Below are positions 17,867 to 27,487 of a stretch of DNA of 64,000 nt, in pieces. Below the pieces are notes generated by a model, which did not search any database, had not been told where the DNA came from, and saw only the letters and a list, made by a program, of their open reading frames with translations. The first letter of the stretch is position 1. Each line of letters opens with the position of its first letter. Made by a program: the position numbers and the translations under genes. The stretch comes from a bacterium (GTDB lineage: Bacteria > UBA10199 > 2-02-FULL-50-16 > JAJFLM01): positions 576,001 to 640,000 of the forward strand of contig CBDCFN010000016.1 of the NCBI GenBank assembly GCA_965216315.1, written 5' to 3'.

Positions 17867-20663
17867 AAACATGCTCCTTTTCGCCATCACTGCTGTGTTG
17901 TTTTAGGCGGCGCAGGGACATTCCCGGTGCAAGTCTCGGGGTGGCTCCCAGTCTAATAATTTCCTGCTCGATCAGAGATGTGATGAACTCATGCTTGGGT
18001 TTTCCATTCGGTGAATCGATATTTCTTGGCGATATAGGGCTCCCAAATATGATTTTAACTTTGGACGGACGGGGAATGTACTGGTCGCGATTGAGAACAT
18101 TAAAGCTGCCTTTAATATAGATAGGAATAATCGGAGAACCGGTTGCTTCGGCCAGAATGCCAACGCCATTCTTGAAACGATTTAGTTTTCCGTCCATTGA
18201 CGGTGTTCCTTCAGGATGAATGAATAAGATATTTCCTGAATCCAGGACTTTTTTACCTGCCTGGAGTGCGGGGAGAAAATTCCCTTCGCGATCAATTGGA
18301 ATCATCTGGGCCAACCAGGCAAACAGGCCACGGTCAAAGCGCTGCAGATGCTCTTTTTTTCCGATAACATAAAAAAACTTTCGAAGTTGTGGAGCCAGCT
18401 TGCACAGAACAAAAAGGGGGTCCATATAGCTTTCATGGTTTGAGGCTAAGATGAAAGGTGGTTTCGCCGGAAGGTGCTCTATACCATCGCATTCCAGTCG
18501 AAACATTATGCGACTGATAAGTGACAGAGTTGAAATGAACCGCTGACGAAAATGCCCGGTAGAATTGTTATCAAGATGGACCCGCTGCTTTATTTCGCGA
18601 TCGATTACGGGAGAGATGGATTGGTCTAGTACCTCGTTCCAACATGTGGAATTGTTATTATCCATGCCTCTCCTGTAGTCCCCTTTTGATAGATCTATTT
18701 CGTTTTGAGAGCAGAATTCATTGATAGCGATGATGCAATCCCGAATCGAACGCATTGAGTAGACAATATCTTTAGATACCGGCTGTCCGATGATTTCTTC
18801 GATATTCACCGCTAATTCCGCCATCGACAATGAGTCAAAACCGAGGTCCATAAATAGATGTGACTCCAGCTCAAATTGGATGGGTCCCCCTTTTACGCGA
18901 GCCACAGCTTCCTTAAGGAGTTTGCCTGCACCCGACGAGAGCAGCTTTTCGCCGGATATATTAATTTCGACATTCGTTTTCTGACCGTTTCGATCGATGA
19001 CATTCTGTCTCAGCTCAAATTTCTTGATTTTTCGAGTCGTGGTCCGGGGTAGGGACTGATACTGAATTTCATATCGGTTGATTCGGCACCAGCCGGGCAG
19101 CTGTTCAGATCTGTCGATAATTGTGTTCTTGATAATCATGTCAACGTCGTTCAAGCAGTTCGTCTTGAAGTAGCTCATATTGGGGACAATGATGGCGTAT
19201 ATTTCTTCCGCTTTTTCGCGAGTACTTTTCGGGACTCCGAAGACGGCGATCTCTTCAATGCAGTCGGATTCGAGATAAAATTCTTCTATTTCGTCGGGGA
19301 AAACATTTTTTCCGGAAGGAAGTACGATGACGTCTTTAGATCTTCCGCAGATACTGAGATAGTTCTCTTTATCTAGCGACCCAATATCTCCTGTCAGAAA
19401 ATAGCCATCGCTCGTAAAAGTCGAGCCGTTATTATTTAGTTGATAGTAGCCATTAAAAACAGGCGGACCCTTAACGGCAATTTCACCCGCGCCATTATCA
19501 TCGGGTGAAACGATTTTAACGGATATGCCGTTAAGTCTGCGTCCGACTGTGCCGGGACGAGCATGATGAGGAAAATTACAGAAAATCACCGGTGCTGTTT
19601 CAGTCAGGCCGTAGCCCTCGAATATGGGGAGTCCTAAAGTGTTGAAAGTACGGATCACGTCTTCGTCGAGCGCGGCAGCACCCGAAATGATACGACGAAT
19701 ATTCCCGCCCAGCGCATCATGGATTTTTTTAAAGAGGCATTTTTTTATTCCGTAGAGATGAGCACCGTTGTCGCTGATATATCGAGACGATTTCAGGGTA
19801 TGAAATATGAGCTGGGCCGAGTTTGGAGCAAAATTAATCTGCTCGACTATGCCTCTGTAGAGCTGATTGAGGATAGCTGGGACAAATATAAGCGTTGTAA
19901 GTCGGTTCTTTTGAATGCATTCTAATAGGTCGGCTTTATTCAGGCTGCTGAGGATGAAGATATCGGCACCAACTTCCAGCGAATTCAGTAGGCAAGCGGA
20001 AAACGAGTAGGCATGATTCAGAGGGAGTAGCATCAGTGTTTTATCATCTTCAGATAATCTCATATCGTGGGCAATCGAAAGCTGAGAGAGAAAATTAGTA
20101 TGCTTTAATAATACTCCCTTTGGGTTGGATGTCGTGCCCGAAGTATAAATGAGTGAAGCGCTGTTTTTAGGGGAGGATCGGATGACTTTGAAATCAGAGT
20201 CATGTCTTTCCTCGATCCAGGAAAAAGGAATGCATTTACGCAAGTAATTGATGTCGGCGTCGAGAACGACGTATTTGCTGACTTTTTCGTCAAGCTCAGG
20301 AGAGCGGATGTTGGGTAAGATATTCCGCTCAGTGAATAAAAGCCTGGCTTTAGAATTGCCGATGATATTATTGATTTCGTGTGCTGATAAGTGGGGATCA
20401 ATTGTCACAGCGCAGGCGCCGACATTGATAATGCCTATATATATTGCGATCCATTCAATTCGATTGGTGGACATGAGAGCGACATTTTCGCCCCTTCTGA
20501 CATTATGATTCGCTAAGAAACGGCCTACTTTAAGGCTCAATTCATATACTTCCCGAAAAGAACTCTCGGTGTGCTGAGCCGCGCCCTGATGGTGAATAGA
20601 GGATAAATTATCCACTGCTTTGGCTTGGAAAAAATCGGTGAGAGATTGGTAACTGGCTGCCAT
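17859..20663 (-). CDS. Tri-domain long-chain acyl-AMP/CoA ligase - ACP - PlsC-type acyltransferase
   Basis: YTSGTTSNPKG, GYGLTE and TGDIG adenylation motifs; DLGFDSL carrier serine; NHESYMD (HxxxxD) and HPEGT acyltransferase motifs. Confidence 0.9.
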   Translation of the reverse strand: MAASYQSLTDFFQAKAVDNLSSIHHQGAAQHTESSFREVYELSLKVGRFLANHNVRRGENVALMSTNRIEWIAIYIGIINVGACAVTIDPHLSAHEINNIIGNSKARLLFTERNILPNIRSPELDEKVSKYVVLDADINYLRKCIPFSWIEERHDSDFKVIRSSPKNSASLIYTSGTTSNPKGVLLKHTNFLSQLSIAHDMRLSEDDKTLMLLPLNHAYSFSACLLNSLEVGADIFILSSLNKADLLECIQKNRLTTLIFVPAILNQLYRGIVEQINFAPNSAQLIFHTLKSSRYISDNGAHLYGIKKCLFKKIHDALGGNIRRIISGAAALDEDVIRTFNTLGLPIFEGYGLTETAPVIFCNFPHHARPGTVGRRLNGISVKIVSPDDNGAGEIAVKGPPVFNGYYQLNNNGSTFTSDGYFLTGDIGSLDKENYLSICGRSKDVIVLPSGKNVFPDEIEEFYLESDCIEEIAVFGVPKSTREKAEEIYAIIVPNMSYFKTNCLNDVDMIIKNTIIDRSEQLPGWCRINRYEIQYQSLPRTTTRKIKKFELRQNVIDRNGQKTNVEINISGEKLLSSGAGKLLKEAVARVKGGPIQFELESHLFMDLGFDSLSMAELAVNIEEIIGQPVSKDIVYSMRSIRDCIIAINEFCSQNEIDLSKGDYRRGMDNNNSTCWNEVLDQSISPVIDREIKQRVHLDNNSTGHFRQRFISTLSLISRIMFRLECDGIEHLPAKPPFILASNHESYMDPLFVLCKLAPQLRKFFYVIGKKEHLQRFDRGLFAWLAQMIPIDREGNFLPALQAGKKVLDSGNILFIHPEGTPSMDGKLNRFKNGVGILAEATGSPIIPIYIKGSFNVLNRDQYIPRPSKVKIIFGSPISPRNIDSPNGKPKHEFITSLIEQEIIRLGATPRLAPGMSLRRLKQHSSDGEKEHVYD

Positions 20664-20764
20664 TTAACCTACAGGTGATTCAATTTCAGCAAAAATAATA
20701 TCTATGCTCATGATAACAGAAGCTCATAATTGCATGTTAGATTATTTGTATGCACCGGATTAAA

Positions 20765-20786
20765 ACTGTTTACTCGTGTAAACAGT
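20765..20786. promoter_or_regulatory. Inverted-repeat operator/enhancer candidate in the divergent intergenic region
   Basis: ACTGTTTAC-tcgt-GTAAACAGT, perfect 9-bp arms; half-site-like copies near 20862 and 20923. Confidence 0.55.
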
Positions 20787-20944
20787 GTCATTATCTCTAC
20801 ATAGAGTGGGTACATGATGACCTCAAGACTGAGATGTAAATTGTATCCAACCGAATTGCGTTAACAGTTTTTGAGCAAACAATATTTTATTAACCAGCTG
20901 AAAAATAATGAAGATGCCTTTAACTGTTTACATGAATTGCGCTT

Positions 20945-20960
20945 AGGCATGTAATTTGCA
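20945..20960 (+). promoter_or_regulatory. Sigma-54 -24/-12 promoter candidate for the NRPS operon
   Basis: AGGCATG-TAAT-TTGCA with correct GG/GC spacing, 60 nt before GTG 21021; IHF-like TAACCAGCTGAAAA at 20891. Confidence 0.6.
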
Positions 20961-21020
20961 GTTCAGCCTCTCAGATTATTTTTTGTTTATGATAATCCAG
21001 GTTAAGAGGAGACGCAGATA

Positions 21021-24000
21021 GTGGTTCTAAAGAAGTGGGAAGAAAGTTTATGCACGCTCCTCAAAAAGAAAGCACAAGAGCAGCAGGACGAAATAGCATT
21101 CACCTATATAAAGAATGACGGATCAGGCGCTGAAGAGATGACATACGCGGAGCTTGATGAAGGGGCCCGCGCAATCGCAGCCTATCTTGCCCCGATGAAC
21201 GTTATCGGGAAGCCGATCGTCACCCTTCAAATTAATAGTTTAGAGGCTATTTACGCCGTATTTGGGATTCTTTATGCGGGTGGGATTGCCGTGCCGGCTT
21301 ATCCGCCGGACCCGGCGCGAATCAGCCATACGCTGCCTCAATTGCTGTCAACTATCAGCGACAGCCAAGCAAAACTCATCCTGACCTCAACGTTCCTTCT
21401 GGAAGCAGCCGGCCCATTGCTCGAGGCGATGCCTGAGCTGAAAGCACTCCAATGGGTCGCAGTCGATGAGATTGTCGGGCAGACCCACAGCGATAACGAG
21501 CTTCCTCTCACCCAGCCGGAGACGGTGGCATTTATTCATTATACGTCGGGCTCGACGGGAGAGCCTAAGGGCGTTGTGACGACGCATAAGAATCAGATAC
21601 GGGCGACCCGAGGAATGGTGGAAGTCAATGACTACGATAAAGATACTGTCGTCCTCTCTTGGTTGCCGCTGCAGCATAGTGCCGGGTTTATGGCAAGCGT
21701 ATTGACTCCTATTATGTCGGGTGGAAGGGGTGTCATCATGTCGCCGTTGATGGCGCTTGAGGATCCCAAAAAATGGTTGCAAGCAATCTCGCAATACAAG
21801 GCCAATGTTAGCGGTGGCCCGAACTTCATTTTTGATCTTTGTGTGAAAAAAGTAAGTGATCAGGACATAGACCAGTTGGATTTACGTTCATGGCATCACG
21901 CCATCGTGGCAACAGAAGTCGTGCGTTCCGAGACACTCCGTGCCTTTGCTTCAAAGTTTGCATCATGTGGCTTCGAGGAGGGTTCATTCGACCCTAGCTA
22001 TGGACTAACGGAAATGCCGTTGGTGACGCTGAATGGCATGGCTGATATCGAGACCCGCATTGATTCTGGAATTGTCAGTTGTGGAAGACCGGCCCCTGGA
22101 GTTGAGCTGGAGATAGTGAACCCGGAAACGATGACGATCTGTAAGGCCGGAGAAGTAGGTGAAATATGGATCGGCGGTCCATCACTGGCTCAAGGGTATT
22201 GGAAAAAGCCAGATGAAACGGACCTGCTGTTTAAATCGTTTACAAAGGATACACTGAGAGGCCCATTTTTTAAGACAGGTGATTTAGGCTATCTGTCGGA
22301 AGACGAGCTATTTATTACGGGTCGGATCAAAGAGTTGATCATCATCCGAGGAAAAAATCACTATCCAATCGATATCGAACGGAGTCTTCAAGAGAACATA
22401 CCGGAATGTGGCGCTGGTTGTATTGCAGCATTCGGAATGGAAGCAAGTGGAGCTGAACAGCTCGTGATTGTTCAAGAGATATCCTCGAGTATGTCTAAAA
22501 AAGATCAGCTTGAATTGATTCAATCGATTAGAGAGGTCACGGGCCGTGAACACCAAGTAACTCCCAATGAAATCGGTTTGGTGGCATTGGGGAGTATTCC
22601 GCGAACGAGAAATGGCAAGGTTCAGAGAACTCTATGTAAGCAGCAATATATTTCAAACGAATTGGAACTTATCCATGATTCATCCGATGGGAGTGAGTTT
22701 GAGCAACGGCAGCCGAATACGTTTGTAGCCCCTCAAAGCGCGTGGGAAAAAGTGTTAGAGGAAATGTGGCGCACATCGCTCAGTCCGGATCAGGATTCAA
22801 TAGGAATACATGATAATTTCTTTCAGCTGGGTGGCGATAGCTTGAGCGCCATATCGATTGTGGGAGACTTATCGCGACTAACAGGCCGTATTCTTGATGA
22901 GAATTTAGTCCATCTTCACCCGACAATTCAAGACCTGGCGGCCCATTTGGAAACGTTGATCGGTGAAGTGCCAGCGGATGATGATGTAGCCGCGAGAGAT
23001 GAAACGTACAGGCAGCATATTAGATCGGACCAGTCAGAGTTTCCGCTCGAACCGCTTCAACAGTCTTTCTACATCAATAATATGTTGGGAGATGTTCTCT
23101 GCTATGTCTGCGGAGACCTGCGCCTTAAAAGTGAACTTAAACCCGAGGAGTTCCAACGTGTCATTCGTGAGGCGATGGAAATCATGCATTACCGTCATCC
23201 GACGCTCCGCTTGGCCTACCGCTTGGATGACGATGGGCCACGTCAGTACATTAAGGAGGACTATCCCGAGTTTACCGTTAACTGTATAGACCTCTCTAGT
23301 TACTCTTTAAGCGATGTTGAAAGAGGCATTAAAATCGAGTTTGAACGGTTGAACTGTTATCAATTCGATACGGAAGCGGGTGAAAACTTCGTTGCAACAC
23401 TTCTTTATACGGGGAGTGAAAATTACCGCCTGATATTCAGTATAAACCATCTCGGCATTGATGGTTTCAGCTTACCTTTCTTTTTCGACGACTTTCTGGG
23501 TGAGGTGTTTCCTTCTGTTCTTGCACGAGAACCCGTGGAAAGAATTCCACAGACCAGTATGAGCTTTAAGGATTATTTAGAAATCAAATTTGCACTTAAA
23601 GACAATGATAAAAGGCAATATGATATTGATTTCTGGTTGCAAAAATTGGAGCGTCTCGAGGCATTTCCTCCTCTGCCTGAAAATCACGAAAAAACAGCTG
23701 ATATATCTTTTGGCATGCACTGGCTGGATGTTGACCGGTTAATAGTGGAGAAACTGAGTCATATTGCTCGGATGCATGAGACAACATTGTTTTCCCTTCT
23801 GTTTGCAACGTTCTTCAAGTTAGTGGCCCAGTGGAGTTTGGTTGGAAATATTTCGGTTAATACGCCGATCGTCAATCGGCGGCCCTATGCGAAGGATGTG
23901 AATAATATATTGGGTTGTTTTACGGACATCCTGCCTGTGCACGTTGAAGAGGCTCTGAGCAAGCCGGTCATTGAGCTAGCAAAAGATATTCAAGGACAGT

Positions 24001-25973
24001 TGGCTGAAATACTCTCACATAGTTCCGTTTCCGCTGTCGAAATCGCTCGCATGCTCATGCAACGAGACAAGCAGAAGATGACCGCCTTAAGTCCAATTAT
24101 TTTCACTTCGGCACTTTTACCCGATTATGGGCTGAATGGTAAAGAAACCTTCGACGAAGTTGAGCTCATGCAAGTAAGAACAGGGGCACCAGCTACCTGG
24201 ATGGATGTCATTGTGGGGAGCCAACAAGAAGGAATATTTTTCTCTTGGAATTACAATCGGCGTCGATTCACTCAAGAATGGGTTGAGATTTTTTCTGATC
24301 AATATAGCGTGGCTTTGCAAGAGATTGCTACTAATCCTCAGACGTGCCGACCCATTAAATCATTAAAGACAGAACGTGACGATGAAGCCTATGCGCGTCT
24401 TAATCAAACAGAACGTTCTTATGGGAATCCAAAAACTCTCCATGAGAGGTTTGAGGTTCAGGTTGAGAAAAATCCCGATGCAACTGCAATCAAGCATAAT
24501 GACCATGACATGACATATGCTCAATTGAATATGCGCGCGAATCAGTATGCGCATACGTTACTCGAAAAGGGAGCTACCTGCGGTGATTTTGTCGCGATTT
24601 TGTCAGATCGGTCCAGTGAGTTTGTGGCTGGCATTCTTGGAATACTCAAAATAGGAGCCGCCTATGTCCCTATTGATCCAGGTTATCCTGATAAACGGCA
24701 GCAGTATATTCTGAGGGATTCTGAGGCCAAGGTTTTATTGATTGAGTCGAAGTATCATAAATTAAGTGATGAGTGGGTTGCGGACTGCCGCCAACTTAAT
24801 CATGTTATTAGCTTGGACGATATATCTCTGTCTGGTTCAACTCATGATCCTCAAATTAATGTCGATTCAAAAGTAATTGCCTACATGATCTACACTTCGG
24901 GATCTACGGGCGATCCTAAGGGTGTGATGATTTCTCATTGTGCAGTCGATAATCGTCTTCAATGGATGCAAGAGATATTTGAGATTAGTGGACACGACAC
25001 GATCGCTCAAAAAACTTCTCAGAGTTTCGATGTCTCAGTATGGGAATTATTTTGGCCCTTGCAGCAGGGGAGTCGAATGCTGATTATTGATTCGGAAGCG
25101 ATCATGGACCCTTTCCTTTTTCAATCAATAATCAATAAGGGGGAAGTCTCTGTCATGCATTTTGTGCCCTCGATGTTCATGGTATTTCTAGAGGTAGCCG
25201 AAAGCATGAGTGAGATAGAGCGCGCTATGCCCTGCTTGAGATGGGTCGTTGCCAGTGGGGAAGCACTGCCGGCGGAGGCTGTTCGCCGCTGGCAGCGGCT
25301 CTATCCACAAATTCCAGTGGCTAATTTATATGGCCCTACTGAAGCCGCGATTGATGTGACGTATCAGATTGTTAGCGAGGCACTTCCTGATGATGCGACA
25401 CAAATTCCTATTGGTCGACCCGTCGCCAACACTCAGATTCTGATTCTGGATAAGGAAGGGCATGTGCAGCCAGCAGAAGTGCCAGGCGAGATCTGTCTTG
25501 GGGGGGTGCAGTTGGCGGAGGGTTATTGGCATAAGCCAGAGCTGAGTGCTGAGAAGTTTATCGATAACCCTGATGAGTCGACGCGCAAGAGTATTCCTCG
25601 TTTGTACCGCACAGGTGATTTGGGCGTATTAGATGGTGGAGGGGTCATTCAATATTTAGGTCGACTCGATCATCAGGTGAAAGTACGAGGCTTTCGTATT
25701 GAGCTCGGCGAGATAGAAGCGGCATTACTGCGCCATCCTGCTGTGAGCGAAGCTGCTGTCGTCGCTCAAGACGGAAAAAATGGTCAGAAACGACTGGTTG
25801 CCTTTGTGAAACCATCTAATGGATCGATTTCTTCCGAGGAATTGAAATCATTTATTGCTCAGTCGTTACCAGAATATATGGTCCCGTCATTTATCAATTC
25901 AATTGAAGCAATGCCACATAATTCAAATGGAAAAATTGATCGGAAAAATTTAATCAGCCTTGACTGTCGCTAG
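21021..25973 (+). CDS. Lipo-initiating NRPS: FAAL - ACP - Cy/C-like - A (Ser-type code)
   Basis: FAAL motifs YTSGSTGEPKG, SWLPLQH, GGPNF, IIRGKNHYP; LGGDSL; FPL..QQ, RHPTLR, NHLGIDGFS, PIIFTS; A domain YTSGSTGDPKG, SFDVSVWE, NLYGPTEAAIDV, NGKIDR; GAGGAG RBS. Confidence 0.93.
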   Translation: MVLKKWEESLCTLLKKKAQEQQDEIAFTYIKNDGSGAEEMTYAELDEGARAIAAYLAPMNVIGKPIVTLQINSLEAIYAVFGILYAGGIAVPAYPPDPARISHTLPQLLSTISDSQAKLILTSTFLLEAAGPLLEAMPELKALQWVAVDEIVGQTHSDNELPLTQPETVAFIHYTSGSTGEPKGVVTTHKNQIRATRGMVEVNDYDKDTVVLSWLPLQHSAGFMASVLTPIMSGGRGVIMSPLMALEDPKKWLQAISQYKANVSGGPNFIFDLCVKKVSDQDIDQLDLRSWHHAIVATEVVRSETLRAFASKFASCGFEEGSFDPSYGLTEMPLVTLNGMADIETRIDSGIVSCGRPAPGVELEIVNPETMTICKAGEVGEIWIGGPSLAQGYWKKPDETDLLFKSFTKDTLRGPFFKTGDLGYLSEDELFITGRIKELIIIRGKNHYPIDIERSLQENIPECGAGCIAAFGMEASGAEQLVIVQEISSSMSKKDQLELIQSIREVTGREHQVTPNEIGLVALGSIPRTRNGKVQRTLCKQQYISNELELIHDSSDGSEFEQRQPNTFVAPQSAWEKVLEEMWRTSLSPDQDSIGIHDNFFQLGGDSLSAISIVGDLSRLTGRILDENLVHLHPTIQDLAAHLETLIGEVPADDDVAARDETYRQHIRSDQSEFPLEPLQQSFYINNMLGDVLCYVCGDLRLKSELKPEEFQRVIREAMEIMHYRHPTLRLAYRLDDDGPRQYIKEDYPEFTVNCIDLSSYSLSDVERGIKIEFERLNCYQFDTEAGENFVATLLYTGSENYRLIFSINHLGIDGFSLPFFFDDFLGEVFPSVLAREPVERIPQTSMSFKDYLEIKFALKDNDKRQYDIDFWLQKLERLEAFPPLPENHEKTADISFGMHWLDVDRLIVEKLSHIARMHETTLFSLLFATFFKLVAQWSLVGNISVNTPIVNRRPYAKDVNNILGCFTDILPVHVEEALSKPVIELAKDIQGQLAEILSHSSVSAVEIARMLMQRDKQKMTALSPIIFTSALLPDYGLNGKETFDEVELMQVRTGAPATWMDVIVGSQQEGIFFSWNYNRRRFTQEWVEIFSDQYSVALQEIATNPQTCRPIKSLKTERDDEAYARLNQTERSYGNPKTLHERFEVQVEKNPDATAIKHNDHDMTYAQLNMRANQYAHTLLEKGATCGDFVAILSDRSSEFVAGILGILKIGAAYVPIDPGYPDKRQQYILRDSEAKVLLIESKYHKLSDEWVADCRQLNHVISLDDISLSGSTHDPQINVDSKVIAYMIYTSGSTGDPKGVMISHCAVDNRLQWMQEIFEISGHDTIAQKTSQSFDVSVWELFWPLQQGSRMLIIDSEAIMDPFLFQSIINKGEVSVMHFVPSMFMVFLEVAESMSEIERAMPCLRWVVASGEALPAEAVRRWQRLYPQIPVANLYGPTEAAIDVTYQIVSEALPDDATQIPIGRPVANTQILILDKEGHVQPAEVPGEICLGGVQLAEGYWHKPELSAEKFIDNPDESTRKSIPRLYRTGDLGVLDGGGVIQYLGRLDHQVKVRGFRIELGEIEAALLRHPAVSEAAVVAQDGKNGQKRLVAFVKPSNGSISSEELKSFIAQSLPEYMVPSFINSIEAMPHNSNGKIDRKNLISLDCR

Positions 25974-25982
25974 GAGGTCTCA

Positions 25983-27476
25983 ATGGATTCAATTCAACAG
26001 CAGTTATCAGATATACTCACTTCAATTCTTGATGTTGAGGAAGTAGATCCACGAGAAGAATTAACAAGCCTAGGCATTACGTCGATTGATTTAATGCGTT
26101 TAGCGGCTCGGCTGGAGAAAAATTTTGGTTTTCGCCCGCAAGTTAACGAGTTTATGAAGCTGACATCGATAGAGAAATTAGCCGAATTCTATCAATCGCA
26201 TATAGATACTGTTGAGAGCATAAATGCTCAAGCGTTAAACTGTGCTGAGGCTTCAAGGATAGAGTTTGCATTTAACCGCGATGATCCGAATGATATTCGC
26301 CAGGATATTCGCTTGCATGAGGCCATTAAGCCAGCGGCGGCAACTCATTCAGTCACTGGAAGTCCAACAAATCTATTTGTGACAGGGGCAACAGGATTTT
26401 TAGGCGCACATGTTCTCCATAGCCTGCTGCAAGAGACTCAGGCAACCATTAGCTGTCTGGTTCGGGCAGAGAATTCCGATCAGGGGATGAAGCGGATCTT
26501 GAAAAACCTCGAGTACTATAAGCTCTGGGATGACAGTTATTCAGAACGGGTTAAGCCGGTGGTCGGGGATATATCGCAGCCCTTATTGGGTCTTAGCGTG
26601 AAAGATTTCCATCGGGTAGCTTCTGAGGCTCAAGCTCTCTATCACATCGGGGCAGTCGTTAATTTTGTTCATTCTTACGACATGCTCAAAGAAACTAATG
26701 TGGACGGGACGATTGAAATGCTTCGCTTGGCTTGTGCTGATAAGCAGGCACCTCTTTATTATGTTTCGACTTATGGAGTTTTCAATTCTCCTGAATACCT
26801 TAAATATAAAATCATTGATGAATCCACTTCTACGGATCACTGGGAATTATTGGCTAATGGATATGAGCAAAGTAAATGGGTTTCGGAAAAAATATTAGCC
26901 ATTGCCAAGGAAAGAGGGATTCCCGTGACAATATTCCGACCGGGTACTATTGCAGGTGATAGTCGAAACGGCATATTTAATTCAAAAAATGATATTTTAT
27001 CATTGATGATCCGCGGGAGTCTGCAGATGAAACTTGTTCCCAAGATTGATATGGATGTGGACTTAACTCCAGTTGACTATATAAGCAAGGCACTTACAGT
27101 AATTTCATTACAACCTGATGTAGAGGGAAAAACATATCATTTGGTGAATCCCCAATCGGTTTCCTATGGTGATTTCGTGAAGTGGATCCGGAACTACGGC
27201 TATGATTTTGAGGAAACATCGTATCAAGAGTGGCGCCAAGCATTATTGAAAGTAGATCGGAGCAATGCGTTATTCCCATTGCTCTCATTATTTGAAGCAA
27301 TGGAGACGTCAGACCGATTCAGTATTCCTTATATGCGGTCAGATGAAACACTCCGCGCATTAAAAGACAGTAAGTTAACATGTCCAGCGCCTGAGAATCG
27401 ACTTCTGCAGACCTATTTTTCCCGCTTTATTAAGGAGGGATTTTTGGATGTTCCTGAGAGACGTGAAATCCATTAG
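25983..27476 (+). CDS. Stand-alone carrier protein + thioester reductase (R/TD) domain
   Basis: LGITSIDL carrier motif; TGATGFLG, YVST, GYEQSKW (YxxxK) and FRPG; AGGAGG RBS. Confidence 0.92.
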   Translation: MDSIQQQLSDILTSILDVEEVDPREELTSLGITSIDLMRLAARLEKNFGFRPQVNEFMKLTSIEKLAEFYQSHIDTVESINAQALNCAEASRIEFAFNRDDPNDIRQDIRLHEAIKPAAATHSVTGSPTNLFVTGATGFLGAHVLHSLLQETQATISCLVRAENSDQGMKRILKNLEYYKLWDDSYSERVKPVVGDISQPLLGLSVKDFHRVASEAQALYHIGAVVNFVHSYDMLKETNVDGTIEMLRLACADKQAPLYYVSTYGVFNSPEYLKYKIIDESTSTDHWELLANGYEQSKWVSEKILAIAKERGIPVTIFRPGTIAGDSRNGIFNSKNDILSLMIRGSLQMKLVPKIDMDVDLTPVDYISKALTVISLQPDVEGKTYHLVNPQSVSYGDFVKWIRNYGYDFEETSYQEWRQALLKVDRSNALFPLLSLFEAMETSDRFSIPYMRSDETLRALKDSKLTCPAPENRLLQTYFSRFIKEGFLDVPERREIH

Positions 27477-27487
27477 AAGGTGAATTT

